The position numbers were made by a program, and so were the translations under genes. This document shows, one piece after another, positions 41,222-53,986 of a stretch of DNA of 64,000 nt (within the stretch, counting starts at the first letter, position 1; every line of letters starts with the position of its first letter). The stretch comes from Octopus vulgaris (lineage: Eukaryota), in assembly GCA_951406725.2 (NCBI GenBank), contig OX597815.1, positions 39,866,001 through 39,930,000 of the forward strand, written 5' to 3'. The notes beneath the pieces are model-generated. The model did not search any database. It worked only from the letters and a program-made list of their open reading frames with translations, and was not told the DNA's origin.

Positions 41222-42402
41222 GTATTGTATATTTCAATAGTCTATACTTTTAATTATTTGTTGCCGAGGAAATTAAAGTTGTAATGAAAAATAAAGCAAA
41301 ATGTCAATAGCAAAGTACCTCACTGCTAATATTGGAGATTCCACAGCAGTAGACCAGATCTCATCGACGATTCAGCCATTTACGTAAGTAAGCTTCTGGG
41401 TAACCAATACTGTTGTAACATGCCTTACTCAGTACTTCTTCCAGTGCTACACACCAACTTCTGCTATGAACTAATCCATATCACTCGTCCTTCTTCCCCA
41501 CGTCCAATCACACCTAAAGTCCAAATCCGTCTCTTAACAGCGAATGCAGCGAAGCGTCTACACTCAACCTCTACTGTCCACAACTCTATCTGTTTCTTTT
41601 GCCCCTTTTCACGAAAATTTGAAAACCTGGGCTCAGATCTCACTAATACTGAGAAACTGGTATCTGTAATAGGTATTCTAAGACATAAGTAATTCTTAAT
41701 TGCCTTAGTATGCCTAACTAATTTACAGTTGTTTATTACCTAATGGATAAATTGCTATATTATTGTCCTCAGACTGCGTTATCTAATATTTCAATTCTTT
41801 TCTTTTAAGACGGTAGGGTATTATTTAGAACGATTTGACTTCATTAACCTATATCTTGAAAGAAGAAGTAATTGTCCGCTGTGCTGTCTGCAACTTTATT
41901 TGGATTCCCAATTGCAGACAGATTGTTAATCTTAGATTAGAGTCCTTCGTACAGGTATGAAGGAGAAAAGAAAAAAAATGAAAAATGATAAAGCGATCGA
42001 TCACCGGAATGCACGAGCACGACAAACGAGGCGGGCCAAGTTTCGAATCGAAGCACGCATCGAAGTTCCCGAGACGGCATCGGCCAACGATGTACTCCGT
42101 AAAAGATATCATCTTATTGCTACATAGGTTTAAAATACAAATTATTATCTTTCGTCTGTTCATTTGAGATAGTTAATACCTCACATTTGCGATGTCTTAT
42201 CTCATTATTGCACCAGTAAGTATCCCCACTCCAACATAAACTATCTACTGTCGAAGATGCGCCTAGAAGAAAATTACATTACCTAAAAAGTAACAAATGA
42301 ATTCGAAGGTTCATGCTTCGACGATACTTTAGTGCTAATTGTAAAACTTATTACATATAGAATTTAGTTTGAAAATATTAAAACATATATTTGTTTTTCA
42401 AG

Positions 42403-42534
42403 GCTAATTATGTTCAAATCAGTGGTTATGGCGGCGTAGGAGTGTGGACATTGGCCTTAGATGATTTTTCTGGATCGTGTGGAACTGGAAAATACCCTCT
42501 GATAAACGCTATCAAAACTGCCTTCAGAAACTAA
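42403..42534 (+). CDS. GH18 chitinase-like protein, last coding exon (stop TAA 42532-42534)
   Basis: ttttcaag acceptor. ANYVQISGYGGVGVWTLALDDFSGSCGTGKYPLINAIKTAFRN*. The exons sum to 1164 nt (387 aa plus stop) with all phases compatible. No linker or CBM14 follows. Confidence 0.93.
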   Translation, partial: ANYVQISGYGGVGVWTLALDDFSGSCGTGKYPLINAIKTAFRN

Positions 42535-42587
42535 GATCCCAAGGAATATTACAGTTGTGTGTTCCATTCACTCTTCATGTTATTTAA

Positions 42588-42616
42588 AATAAAAAAGGAT
42601 TTCTTTCAAAAATAAA
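42588..42616 (+). terminator. Candidate polyadenylation signals (AATAAA x2) of the chitinase-like gene
   Basis: AATAAA at 42588 and 42611, 54 and 77 nt after the stop, followed by T-rich sequence. Confidence 0.55.
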
Positions 42617-44033
42617 ATATGATATTAAATCAGGTCTAAATTTTTATTACTAATCAAAAACTTGGTCTTTATGTAGTGACAACATTGTGGATATACTATA
42701 ACAGACCTTCTTTTTCAGCCACGCGGAAGGATTAAATTGTATGAAGTTATTTGTTCACAGGAGAAAGATATCGAGAATGGTAGCAAGTATTTGACAGAGA
42801 AAAGCGATATCATATAAACCTATCTTCATTCCAAGCATGTAAATGTGTTATCTTCATTCCAAACACCTTATATGCAGAGGAAAATAACTCTTGCAATGAT
42901 AATTGCCGTGTGTTCTACAAAATATATTATCATCTGTATATAAAAGATCCAGAATTACAATCTTTGGTTAACCTGCTTGCCTGCAGATAAGAAATGACAA
43001 AAGATTCTGTAACCGTAAATGTGGAGAAACAGTATATTAAATTAGATAAATGTTGCAAGGTGAATGCTGAGCATGTTAGATATCAATCTCTGTGAATGCG
43101 CTGTATAGCACATGTTATGAAAAAATCAGTAAAAAAAATCAGTGAAAGAGTTCATTAAGTGAGGCACTTAAGATGCTCTAAGACAGTGAAACGATAAGTG
43201 AATAACGGTGAATTTTCCTGGCGAGATCCACAAAAATAATATATCGGAATCTTCTGTCACTATATATACTTCTTGTGTATTTGTAAAATAGGCAAGACTG
43301 TATGAAATGGTCTGCAACTCCGGTTGGTATTGAGACAAAATCCTTTCTCAGAGGGGGTCGTTGAAGAGCTTTACATATCAAACATCTTCCTCAGTTGCTG
43401 TTGATATCGTTGGTTTTGTTATTGTCATCGTCGTTGTTGTCGTCACCGTTGTTTTGCTTAAGGTCATCTCCGATCAAGTCGACATGTGATCAACGGCGTT
43501 CCAGCCAGGTCAATCCAGCCCTTCTCACGGTCATTACGTATCTAGGACTACGTTATCCGATGTGTTCTCTCCTTTTCAAAATAGTAAGTTGTAATTTGAA
43601 GAAAATTCGGTCGCCATTTCTAGCAGATCAAGCAGCTACTTAGAGGTGCCATCCTTAGTTTAGTTTTTATCACTGTTGGCGGTTAACCTTTCCAATATAG
43701 GATAGTGGTGTTAAATTACTGTTGTTGGCATCCTTTTTGTCTCGGGAGACAATGGAGTTGCGCATAAAATAATCTAGTCCGGCTTTTACATTTCACGTCC
43801 TAATACATTTCCTGCTGTGGCTGTGTAGTCCTATCCTGGAGAAACACTCCCTCTGGCAAGTGCCGCAAATGTAGCGAATACTGTTCCTGGCTGGTTGTAA
43901 TGTCATAGTTTCTTGTTGACGTCTTTTCTTGTCTTTCTATTTCTCCTCTCTCTCTCTCTCTCTCTCTGTCACTCCTTTGTGTTCCCTCTTTTATGGTACG
44001 TCGCCAATCTCCACGGTTGCTGGCAACCGCTTC

Positions 44034-44095
44034 CCAATTGCTAATATTGATGTTGCAGGGACATGAAGGCCTGCAACATCAATATTAGCAATTGG
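44034..44095. repeat. Perfect 26-bp inverted repeat with 10-nt loop
   Basis: ccaattgctaatattgatgttgcagg-gacatgaagg-cctgcaacatcaatattagcaattgg. Confidence 0.95.
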
Positions 44096-44859
44096 TGTTA
44101 AATATTCGTCTTTTAAAGGAATAAAGATGAATTTAGGATACGTTGGATATTCAATGAGCATACATTGTTTTCTAAATGGTTCTTATATTATATTCGGTAC
44201 AATAGAGAAGCAAAATGTATATTGCTATAAAGCATACTTCCACTCAAGTTACGAATGTGATACTACATGATACAGAAGGACCTTGTTTTTTTTTGTGTGC
44301 TGGTAGTTAACAGTAATCGAGATCTCCGTGAAATATTTTGAACAAATTTCTGTTAACTTATCAATACAAAGAAGAGAACCACATATGGTTACAGTACGTT
44401 GGCTTTGGACACTCAGCTAAGAACATAACCTATTACAGTTAGTGGAAGACACAAATGACACAGTAAGCTACAACAAACTGATGGTTTGGACTGATATCCC
44501 TGTACGTGACTTTTCAATACTATGGACCAGATCAAGACTGTTGTTGCTATACAGAAACTGATTTATACAGAAATAAAGCAGCCTTTAACCATTTCCCAAC
44601 GCTATTAATCAGTGCATACTTTAAATTGCATTATAGCTTGAATCAACTAGTAAAGAAGTCACTAAGTACAATGGTCTCAATATGAAGAATACATGGGCTG
44701 GGTTCAGTATGCTGATAGCTGTTCTTCGACATGGCAGAAGAGAATAGGCGTGTGTGTGCGCGCAGTATGTGTAGAAGTAACAATGAACTATGCATCACCT
44801 TGATTGCAATCTCAACTGTGAATAAATATATAGTTTCTGTAATCGCATTGAGCAACAAG

Positions 44860-47800
44860 GGTGGAGCTAAAAAAGCATTTTTTACATAGGTTTTCAAAAT
44901 AAGTTTTTAATTTTGAATAATGCGCGAAAAATCAATTTACAAGACGTTTGCCGTTCCCTATTTTATTTTTTACATTCATTATTACAAATCGATTTTCTTT
45001 TGCGAAATCTTTTACAAATAAGAATGTTCAAATCTCATGCTCTCAAATTTATGTCTGTAGGCTCCGCAACGCATTTGAAATTTCGAAATGATTTGAAATA
45101 AATTGACTTTTCGACTTTGCTTTCTTTATTATTTTTAATACTAGGTCACCGAATATATGTGCCACATGAGGTCTAGATTACATACACATTAAAATAAAAT
45201 TGGTGAAAACTAATTTTTAATTCGTGACACATTTTGGTGAGGAAAATAATTAACATTTCCTACTTATTCGAAATAATTCAATGTAACTAAATAATGCGAA
45301 TCGTTGTAGTGCCAGCAATAAAACCAATTAATTTTTTTCGTAGACAAGAATTACCATCTCACTCTCGAATAAAGAATGAAGCACACAAAGATTTGTTGTT
45401 TTGAAAATTTCTGAAACGACATAATGCTAATTGCTTGCTCAATTATTGTTCAAAATAGCTAAAACTAAACAACTCTGATTATTGCTATATTACCATTCAA
45501 TTTCAATTTACCATTCAATTTTTTTTTTTATCTCGAACACCTGAATCTTTTCTCTTGATTCGATTCGACTCCTAATGAAACCGTCTCGACTGCTCTCACC
45601 ACAAACATTAGATGATGCTTCTATCACGAATTTTACACATCTCTCCAAAGCTTGGGTGTGGCACGGTAATTTTTTCCATTTGCGTCAAATGCCGTTGAAG
45701 ACTAATGGATATTGAGAAGGTATTTTTGATCAATGCTGAGATCGTTTCTATCTACTGACGGTAAGACCGTTAGAATCTGATTAAATTTCACAACACTTAG
45801 TTGTTTCACATCATTCCATTCTCTTACCAATCGGCTCAAGAAATCCACGAGGCCTGGTAGTTTTTCCGTCGAGATCGTTAATAAGATGGCGTAAGGGAAG
45901 CTCTTTTGCGTGGAACTGAGACACAAACCAATGCAATAGTTTCTTAAATTTATCTGCCAAAAGTCTAATGGTGCCTCCTTTTGGTCCTGTATTGACAGCA
46001 GTACCTTCGCAACCTACAGCTATCATGTGATTGGCTACTATACCATTGGTTTCCAAATAATTCAACAAACCATCGGAAATGGCTTTTGCAGAACCCTTTT
46101 TAACAGTAAAGTGCCCAAGATAGCGATACTCAGGCTCTTCTTCATTATGACCATATATTTCGTCGTGTTACGTGACTGGTCCAAACGGCGTACATCGCCG
46201 AACACCACAGTGGGGACAAAAAACAAAACGAATAGAAAATGGAAAAGTGTACAATGAAATCAATGGTGATGAAATGGCTGCATGCACCCCACTCAGATGA
46301 AGCACCATTTGAGGTTCTTACTTTCAGTTTGTAATCTTTTTCTTTTTCCTTATTTTTTCACTATAAGCATCATTTTGTTTACTCTTTTTCCTTTCTTTTT
46401 TTAAACCATTTTACTCTCTTTTTTTTTTAATATCTGATGTAAGAATCTAGTTCACTTAGTTCTACTACTGGCGGCAGTTCATCGAACTCCACCACGAATC
46501 CCGGCTGCTCAATTTGACACTTTTCCTTCAACTTTTTATATTTTTCTTTGTCGATTAGAAAAGCTTTTACGTTTTCACCGTATATCTCCTTGGTCAACTT
46601 AACCCTTATAACGGATTTAAGCTTGGTTATCGCTCTTTCGGTATATATGCTTTTAGCATATGTCACGAAATTCCAGCTATATTTTCTTTGTCTTCTTGCT
46701 TGTTTGTCATGTGCCACTCTAGGCGCCACTTCCCGCACTCCGGCCAGTGTCGCTGCTTCCTCCCCTTGCCGTCTGAAAAGGTTATCCAGCATACCTGCTT
46801 CCATCTCCCCTCCTCTACAACCCGCCTTCCAACCTCCCTACCACCTCCCTTTCGACCTCCATTTCAACGACCTTCCCCTCATCCACCTTCACGACCTCCC
46901 TCTCCACCTCCTCCTCTACCTCCTCCTTCTTCCGACTCTTCGGCAGAGGTCCCACTCCTTCCCCTCTCGCTCCTTCACCACTTCAAACTCCACCTCCACT
47001 CCTGCTGTCTCCCTCTCCTGCTCCTCAGCCCGTTCCACCCGCTGCTCCTTCTCCTCCCTCTGGGGCACCCCGCTCCCATGTGGCCCCTGCTACACCACCA
47101 CTGCCTTCAATCTCACATTCTCGGGCAACACTACCTCTTCTGGAATCCCGCTCATGCCACTCACAGTCGTCCGGACCGCCATCTCGATTCCGCACCCCCA
47201 CTAGTTCACCTTTCTCGTTCCCGCAACTCTCAGGACCCTCGCCCCCTCCTCCATGCAGCAACCAACCATGCTTCATCCAATCCCGGTGGCAACCCCACAA
47301 CCACCCCACTCCGACAATCCGCCCGTCACAGCACATTGGTAGGAGCACCCACTCCTTCTTCCCCATGGCATCAGTGGAGCGCTCCATCACCTCCCCTCGC
47401 TCGCAATTCGCACCTCCACCGCGCCACATCTTTCCCTTCCCACCACAAACGGGGTAACCCCCCTGACCTCCCTCAAACACCTTTCAATGTCAATAAAATC
47501 TCTTGTTGCATTGTTTTTAAACATATTGCACTTTGTTTGAAACGATGGCACATTTTTTTCTAGTTTTCACAGAATTTAACAATGCTTGGTACTTTAGATA
47601 AATGCTTAAGATTTTCGGTTTAACTGACTCAGTCGTAATACAAGGGATGGATGCCTTTTGCCAAAGAAGAATTATCTTTTCTGCTACAATCTTGACAATT
47701 TGTTTAATTGAAGGATCTTTCTTAACTACATTCTTTTCTTTTTCTCCTTCAAATAAAACATATTTTAGTACGTCCTTGTAAGTTGGCAAAACATGCTCGC

Positions 47801-48316
47801 TAAGATTACATGGAGAACCAAACATTGGGCATTCAGTATCATGACGCGTTATTGGCTTGTGGATCATCACTAAATGTAAACAACACTAAATTTAACACGA
47901 TCATTAATCTTAATACAATGGCCTAAAGTCAAGGTACAAAGCAGAAAACTTCACACACGTACGACGTACGCCCACACGCAACGACCGTTGCAGCGGCATT
48001 GGAGAGAAGTTCAGACTCCCGTTCTCTTTTATAGTCAATGCGGAACCTCAAGATATTGGTCAATTTTATTGAAACCTCTTAAGGATACTATATTTACTGT
48101 TTTGCATTCTGCTATGAAGAAATATGTCTTCGTTACGACTTATAATCCATAAAATTCGACCATAAATTGCGACTTTTAAAATTTTCAATTGCGTTGTAGA
48201 ACCTAAAAAGATATTTCACCCATAAAGTTCTTTATACACCTTTCTTTTAACCCTAATTCGCAACAAAATATCGATTCTTGGTTACCAGTTCCGAAAGTTG
48301 CATTTTTCGCTCCACC
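44860..48316 (-). mobile_element. Internally deleted hAT-like DNA transposon (hATx/hATw-type, tentative)
   Basis: Imperfect TIR ggtggagctaaaaaagc / gcatttttcgctccacc (15/17). Transposase pieces LPTYKDVL...WQKASIP (47870-47517), GCEGTAVNTG...HAKELPLRHL (46068-45811) and CHTQALERCVK (~45660-45560). Exact ends uncertain. Confidence 0.7.
46190..47480 (-). mobile_element. Non-LTR retrotransposon ORF1-like insert (G-rich 5' part) nested in the hAT-like element
   Basis: Broken frames give RERCGAVEVR...RST...WVLLP...GLPPG, a zinc-knuckle remnant RGHMGAGCP and a C-terminal domain ending FDELPPVVELSELDSYIRY* (46427). Homologous to 49600-50960. Confidence 0.7.
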
Positions 48317-49341
48317 ATACTGTACACTGTATCTGACTCCAAACAACTCCCCACCAAACAAACGTCATTCATTTTTTATCAAGTTAAATAGAATTATTTC
48401 ATAGTTCAACGTGTGATGTTTCATTCGAATGGTTTACTTGAAATTCGTAGCTGGAAGTGAGAAGTGTAAAACTATCGACTAAACTGTAGTTCTAGATACA
48501 CAACCTTGTGCACATTTGAATACCAGAATACACACATTTATATGAGTATACGCTATATTTTTATGTTCATTTACATTTTCTTCATAAACATTTCATACCA
48601 TTTTACTACTTCATTATTTACTTAAATGTCTCTTTCCCCCACCTTCTCTCTCCCTCTTCTCTCACTGCTTTTTTTCTCCTTCCTATTGGCGCCAAACATG
48701 ATTCCACTTTCACTAAATGGCAAAGTGAAGAAGTTCACGAATAACTTCTGTATCAGTCACTATCTTCTACCAACTTGTCGGTAACGTCAGCTGCTTCAGT
48801 AGTATTGGTTGTAACAACAAAAACGATGACAATTATATAAAGCTAGCAGCAATACTAATTGAACGTAAACGAAGCTGTGAATATGAAGTACAATATGTCA
48901 TAGACTATTACGATCCTTTTATGGCAGGTGACACAGGAAAGATGAGGTCAGACGAAGAATGAAATATTATCTGACAACGAAAACACACGAAGAGACACGT
49001 GAGCAGAATAAATCTTTCAAGAAAGTGGACAAACATTTCATTTTACATTTAAATAAATAAACTAAAATTATATATATACAAAAACTATAAATACACTAAT
49101 ATAGGAACGACATGTGAAATAATATGGTCATTATGTGAAATGAAGAAAAGCTGAAGAACAGACAAGAACGCTTGGTTTCAAGCAGAAAAAAATGGTATGT
49201 CAAACGGACATGAAGGTATTGTACAATCCTATGAAAGGAACTGGTTGAGAAAAAAAGTTAAAAAAAAACACTAAATGTGCCAGTATAAAAATCATATGTA
49301 ACTATAGAGTCATATGTAATATTCAATACTGACTCGATTTA

Positions 49342-49574
49342 GGGCGGCGAGCTGGCAGAAACGTTAGCACGCCGGGCGAAATGCGTAGCCGTATTTCGTC
49401 TGCCGTTACTTTCTGAGTTCAAATTCCGCCGAGGTCGACTTTGCCTTTCATCCTTTCGGGGTCGATTAAATAAGTACCAGTTACGCGCTAGGGTCGATAT
49501 AATCGATTTAATCCCGTTTGTCTGTCCTTGTTTGTCCCCACTGTGTTTAGCCCCTTGTGGGTAGTAAAGAAATA
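49342..49574 (+). mobile_element. SINE family A, young full-length copy
   Basis: Nearly identical to 61023-61238. Confidence 0.9.
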
Positions 49575-49599
49575 TATCTGTTATATTATCGAAATAAAT

Positions 49600-50960
49600 T
49601 TTACTTAATCTACAAAATAAAGACCTAAATCCTCATATGCTGTCACCGGGGGCAGGATTTCAAACCTCACCCTCTCTCCTACTAGTTGTACATCAGTTTT
49701 GTAGTATTTTTGTAATGTTTAGAATCTTGGTGTATCTATCCCAATGCACTTTGTTTCAGGTGGGTGGATATTGGAAAGTCTAACCCGAGTGATATTTTAA
49801 AATTTATTGATAGTTTTCTCTATGGCTTTACTAGTTTTGTAAGACATTAAATAAGCAGTTTGCTTTGTCGGGGTTTGTGTGTCTGTAGGTGTCTGCTTGA
49901 TGGGAGATTCTGGGCTGTTTGGGGGGAAGGGGTATGTTAACAGTGGTGTGTGCTGTGTGGGTGTGTTATTTTCTGAAGTTGTCTGTAATTTTTCTGTTTG
50001 GTGTGTATGACTGTTTTTCTTTTTTGTGTGCATTTTGGTGATGAATTATTTCTTTCTCTCTTTCTTGTAACTTTGTTTCATCTCAATTGCATCTTGGTTT
50101 CCTTCCGCTGCTTTCGCTGTGTTCTCAGGCTCAGACATGATCTCCGCTGCTTTTTCCTGTTCGTTTTCGTTTTGGGGGCACTTCTTTTTGATGTACCCCT
50201 TCTGGCCGCATCTACTGTAACAGTTTTTTTTTCCTCGGGTAGCTCAATAACTTCTGGGACCTCGCTTAAATCTGCTTCGGTGGCCTGGACAATTAATTCC
50301 AGGCCGTAATCCCATCAATTCAGTTGTTGTGTCCGGGTTACCTGCACAATCAATGGGTCTCATTCCGGTGGAATCCCGCCAATCCTTACGCTAGAGACTC
50401 TTTTCCCTAGGTAGGTTGGCAGGAGCAGCCAAGTTCTTACTAGTACAGTGGAGTGCTTATCTGCCAACTCTACGGAGGGAAATCTTAACTCCACTGTACC
50501 GTATTTCCTACCTCGGGAGTAGTAGGAAATGTCCTTTCTAATGGTATCTAAGCATTTCTCAATGGCCTCATCTGGAGCCATTTCGATCTTTTTTCCAGCT
50601 AGGTATAGGGTCTTGTAGATTATTGTTCTTTTGGCATTTGCGATTAAATCATCTAGAGGGATTAATTTTACTTTCGCCCCTTCCTTTCCTGCACATTCCA
50701 TACATTCATACAATTTATCGTGTGAAATAACCACTTCTCTCATATCTAACTGTGATATAGTCATATTCTGTTTTCCTGCTACCGACGCGTTGCTTCCTGT
50801 TCGTCCTTCTTCGCCTATATTAGGCACATCTGTTTCCATCCCAAACGGGAGAAAACAATAAAAAAACACAAGCTTGCTGAACAAGCTGTGTGTTTCGAAA
50901 AACAGCAACAAATTAACAATGAATCAACAATTTTAACAGTTCAATATAAACGTACATTCA
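49600..50960 (-). mobile_element. Non-LTR retrotransposon ORF1 (gag-like, CCHC) relic without visible ORF2
   Basis: ORF 50911-50360 (RGRKYGTVELRF...HST...WLLLPTYLGKR...GGIPPE), knuckle CYSRCGQKGYIKKKCP (~50220-50170) and C-terminal RVRL...ID...VRFEILPPV...Y* ending ~49606. Confidence 0.7.
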
Positions 50961-51199
50961 ACAAAGCAAATAACAGGGAGGGAGAGATGCTCTTTGTGTG
51001 TTGTGTATGTGTACGCGTGCGCACGAGTGTATGTATGTGTGTGTGAAAGAGAAAGATAAGAATCCAGGAAATATCTGAATTTAAGAAAGAAAAACGTATT
51101 TAGACAGAACTAATAAATTGTTTGCTTCATTTCTTTTCTTTGAATTTTCATTTAAATATTCTCCAAATTGATATTTATACCTTTTCGCCTCACTCTCTC

Positions 51200-51450
51200 T
51201 CTCTCTCTTTCTCTCTCTTTCTTTCCCTCCGTCCTCTCTTTCTCTCTATTTGTCTTGTATTATATTTATTTTTCTTCAACTATAGAACTATTCCCAAAAC
51301 ACCTCCTCTCCCTCCCCCCCTCTCTCTCTCTTTCTCTTTCTTTCTTTTTCCTCCGTCCTCTCTTTCTCTCTATTCGTCTTTCTTTTATTTTTCTTCAACT
51401 ATAGAACTATTCCCAAAACACCCCTCTCCCTCCCCCCTCTCTTTCTCTCC
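51200..51450. repeat. ~118-bp CT-rich tandem duplication
   Basis: tttttcttcaactatagaactattcccaaaacacc occurs at ~51269 and ~51387. Confidence 0.85.
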
Positions 51451-52099
51451 CGTTCTCTCTCTATCCTGTTACAATTTTCTTCAGCTTTGCACTTTATTTC
51501 TTGCCTCCTGCATTTTCTTCCTTTCTTCCAATCTTTTCTTCTCATTTTCTTAATTATCCTACTGATTATTTCCACACTAATTTAATTTTTTTTGTTGTTG
51601 TTCCATTCTTCTTGTTCGTATTGTCTTATTTACTTTTAATTACTCCTGTTTTTGATTTATAAATAACTGAGATTAAAATAATTATCAGAGAATTCTTTCG
51701 GGATAAAAAAGGTCATATAAAGACAACCGTCTTCTTTGTATTCGCTCTAGCTTCCATTTCCTCCTTATATCCAAGTAGGCAGTGTGTGTATGTGTGTGTT
51801 TGGGTTTTAAAAAAGCGTTTTAATAATATACTTGGAGATTTTGTATGAGTTTGAGGATGTATAAATATATGTGTATATATGTCAACAAGTAGAAACGTGT
51901 GAATTCGGTCTTATGTCTGCGTAGATGTATGTTTTGTTAAAATTTTTCGATGGTTTTACAAAATGTAAAAATTTACACACAAAGAAAAATGAACAACTGA
52001 ATGAAAATAATTCTAGCAGGTCAACGAACTAATTTAATTAAATAAATGTCGCTTAGATAATATAGCTTCATTTTGATAAATCTACCGAAAACGTATACG

Positions 52100-52664
52100 T
52101 TGGGTTGTCCGGAAAGTTCGTGCCGATTTATAGTAGCTTACCTTTTGACTTATTTTAGAACATGGTTGAGTCCATAAAATAGGATTTGACTACACCTCCA
52201 TTTAGAGCACAGCTTAAGCTATCTTTTCGTGGAAGAATGTTTATGTTCCTATAACCCGTGTTAATTCTGTGACCCTTTAAAATGGAAGATAAGAAAGTTC
52301 ATTTTTGGCACTTGATGCTTTTCTTTTTCCGTAGAGGGAAAAATGTCTCACAAGCAACCAAAGAAATATGCGCAGTTCACGGTGATGTTTCTTTATCCGA
52401 AAGAACTGTACGGAAGTGGTTCGCAAGGTTCTGAGCCGGAGATTGTAGCCTTATTGATAAAGAGCGATCAGGCAGACCATCCACCACAGATGATGACCAA
52501 ATCAAGTCATAAATTGAGAATAACTTACATTGCACAACCCGAGAATTGGCAGAAAGCCTCAACCTATCAAAATCTGTCGTTCATGAGCCCCTGGTAAAGC
52601 TTGGGTAATTTATTGACCTTTTTCTTTCCTTTAAAAATCGGCATTAACTTTCCGGACAACCCAA
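52100..52664 (+). mobile_element. Internally deleted mariner element
   Basis: TIR ttgggttgtccggaaagtt / aactttccggacaacccaa(TA). ATG 52282 gives MEDKKVHFWHLMLFFFRRGKNVSQATKEICAVHG...RTVRKWFARF (HTH); the catalytic domain is deleted. Confidence 0.9.
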
Positions 52665-53891
52665 TAGTATCTTACATTGGCACAAAAGTACATATTGTTA
52701 GGGAAAAGGTATCGTCGATCAAACAAATGGTATCGACCATCAAATAAATGTTTTGCACTTAATTATCGATCCTGCAAAGATGAAAAACAAAGTCAGACTC
52801 AGAAAAATTTTAATTCAGTTCGTAGTGGAAAGTTTAGCTTTATAATTTGGTGAACTGCGTGTGTATCAAGTATTATTGTCTTCTTGAGTGAGTTTAGACT
52901 AAGTAGGAATGTACGAGGTTTGTACGCTTGTGCGTGTGATTGATGTGATTTGTTTGTGAATGTGTCGTGTGTATATGTGTGCGGTTAGTGACACCTTTTG
53001 TAGGGATTTGTTTTTGTTTGTATTTGTTCTGTGCATCGGAGTGGTGATATTTTGTCTGTGAATATGTGGTCGTATTTGCAGGTAGATAAAGGAAAGTTAG
53101 GCAGTTGTTCAGATAATGTTGGTTGTAGTGCAAAGGCAGAAGATGAGCCTTTCTTCGTATTGTAGGTGAAATATAAGAAAGCTGCAGGGTACGAACCGCT
53201 TTGATTTTCGGAAGCGGTTAAGATGCCTTAATATCTAGAAGGTGAACTATACGCACACAGAAGCATGCACCACTGAAACCACAACGTCATTAAACCGGTT
53301 GACAAGGAGAGCATTGCGTTGGCATGTCGATCCAACTTCTACAGGGCCGAAGCATTTCTTTAACATTTCAACACCCTATTGAGTCGCAAAATGTAATAAT
53401 TGTCAACGTTATTTAATGGAGTTATCTAATGACTACTTTTCTTCAGCAGAAATTCGTTCTATCGATAGAGGATTTGGGAGTAGGGCTAATGTGATTCAGA
53501 GTATAATTGAAAATCGAATGTAAAATATATTTCTGTAACTTCAGAATCAAATCGCAGTTTTAACGTGTAATTATTGCTGACATGTTGAATAAATCCATTT
53601 TAAAATATAATAAATTCTTTCACTTATCTTTTTCGGAGATTAATTCTACGGTATACAGAATTAAAATTAAACAAATTTAATATTACATAAGGACTTAATA
53701 ATGAACCTATGCATACACTAGAGTCGAACCATCAGACACAGGTATGTATTCCGTAAATTCCATCTTCATTTTTCATCTTCATCTCAAAATGAAGAATGAC
53801 TTCGAAAATGTTACTCGAAAACTTGTTTTATTAAAAGATATTTAATGAAAACAATTTCCTCCAGCAGTAAATTTATCATTTTGTCCTCTTT

Positions 53892-53986
<95 letters not shown>

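Noticed and set aside
42535-44800. Downstream CBM14 (chitin-binding) exon
   Set aside because: There is an in-frame stop and polyA signals right after the GH18 domain, and no six-Cys exon was seen.
46688-47563. 291-aa Pro-rich + strand ORF (and overlapping 218-aa ORF), extensin-like
   Set aside because: It is the antisense shadow of the G-rich retroelement ORF1. C-richness removes stop codons, and there is no supporting gene structure.
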